Shown here piece after piece: positions 63,893 to 64,000 of a stretch of DNA of 64,000 bases. The translations under genes were made by a program, and so were the position numbers. A model generated the notes under the pieces. The model made no database searches. It had not been told where the DNA came from and saw nothing but the letters and a program-made list of their open reading frames with translations. The DNA comes from an uncultured bacterium (GTDB lineage Bacteria; Patescibacteriota; Minisyncoccia; Phycocordibacterales; GWA1-40-21): the NCBI GenBank assembly GCA_963804975.1, contig CAWDSG010000002.1, forward strand, positions 208,991 to 272,990, written 5' to 3'. Positions within the stretch are counted from its first letter, which is position 1. Each line of letters starts with the position of its first letter.

Positions 63893-64000
63893 CTTAATAA
63901 CCCGCCAAGTATATTATAAAAATAATTAAAAATCAAAAAAATAGAATTAAAACTTTTTTTGTGTTATAAATTATATGTTGAAGGCGGGGCGATTAGCTCA

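Noticed and set aside
63977-64000. ggcggggcgattagctca at the window edge, resembling a tRNA 5' end
   Set aside because: It is truncated by the window boundary. The acceptor and D-arm cannot be folded with the available bases, so no call is made.

Overview
This 64-kb window comes from an AT-rich, gene-dense bacterial chromosome with a reduced, housekeeping-dominated gene set, consistent with a small-genome, Patescibacteria/CPR-like lineage; the lineage assignment is inference only. Core content, in order: pentose-phosphate and glycolysis genes (rpiB, rpe-like, fba); translation genes (rplY, rpmE, prfA, rpsB, tsf, pheST, thrS, rpmF, rpsP, trmD, tgt, three tRNAs); replication and repair (gyrB, dnaE, rnhB, uvrB, uvrA, uvrC, Pif1-type helicase, DnaQ-like exonuclease); RNA metabolism (rnc, rnr, nusB-NUDIX fusion, RRM protein, KH protein); cell-envelope genes (ddl, VanX-like dipeptidase, sortase next to a CARDB/PKD surface protein, CAP-domain protein, lytic-transglycosylase-like protein); and several membrane proteins. 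Many core proteins are shortened (PheT, SMC, ThrS, UvrA, UvrC). Five things stand out beyond ordinary annotation. (1) A GC-rich, hairpin-forming 23-24-nt element, GACCTGCCT(A/G)CCGGCCAGGCAGG, sits in-frame and in sense orientation in seven unrelated essential genes (thrS, dnaE, smc-like, rnr, rpsP, uvrB, uvrA). It always adds the peptide DLP(T/A)GQAG. A 15-nt variant occurs in rplY and the Pif1 helicase. (2) A family of intergenic elements whose conserved GC-rich core (~50-75 nt) is embedded in the loop of locus-specific terminator hairpins; there are six copies, two with near-identical 75-nt cores. (3) An accessory island between uvrB and uvrA, built from repeated promoter-ORF-terminator modules. 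It contains a Panacea (DUF4065) antitoxin-like gene tightly coupled to an unknown ORF, which is a candidate new toxin-antitoxin pair; a two-gene overlapping module bounded by 36-nt direct repeats; and an outer-membrane-beta-barrel-like secreted protein. (4) A visibly GC-richer island bounded by two tRNA-Ala genes, carrying a fused LeuC-LeuD-like aconitase-family hydratase and a LeuB/ICDH-family dehydrogenase. (5) Frequent TATAAT boxes directly abutting start codons, which suggests leaderless mRNAs. Coordinates of CDSs follow the ORF track, with starts refined where justified. Coordinates of repeats, promoters and terminators were read by eye and may be off by 1-3 nt. GC comparisons are qualitative.
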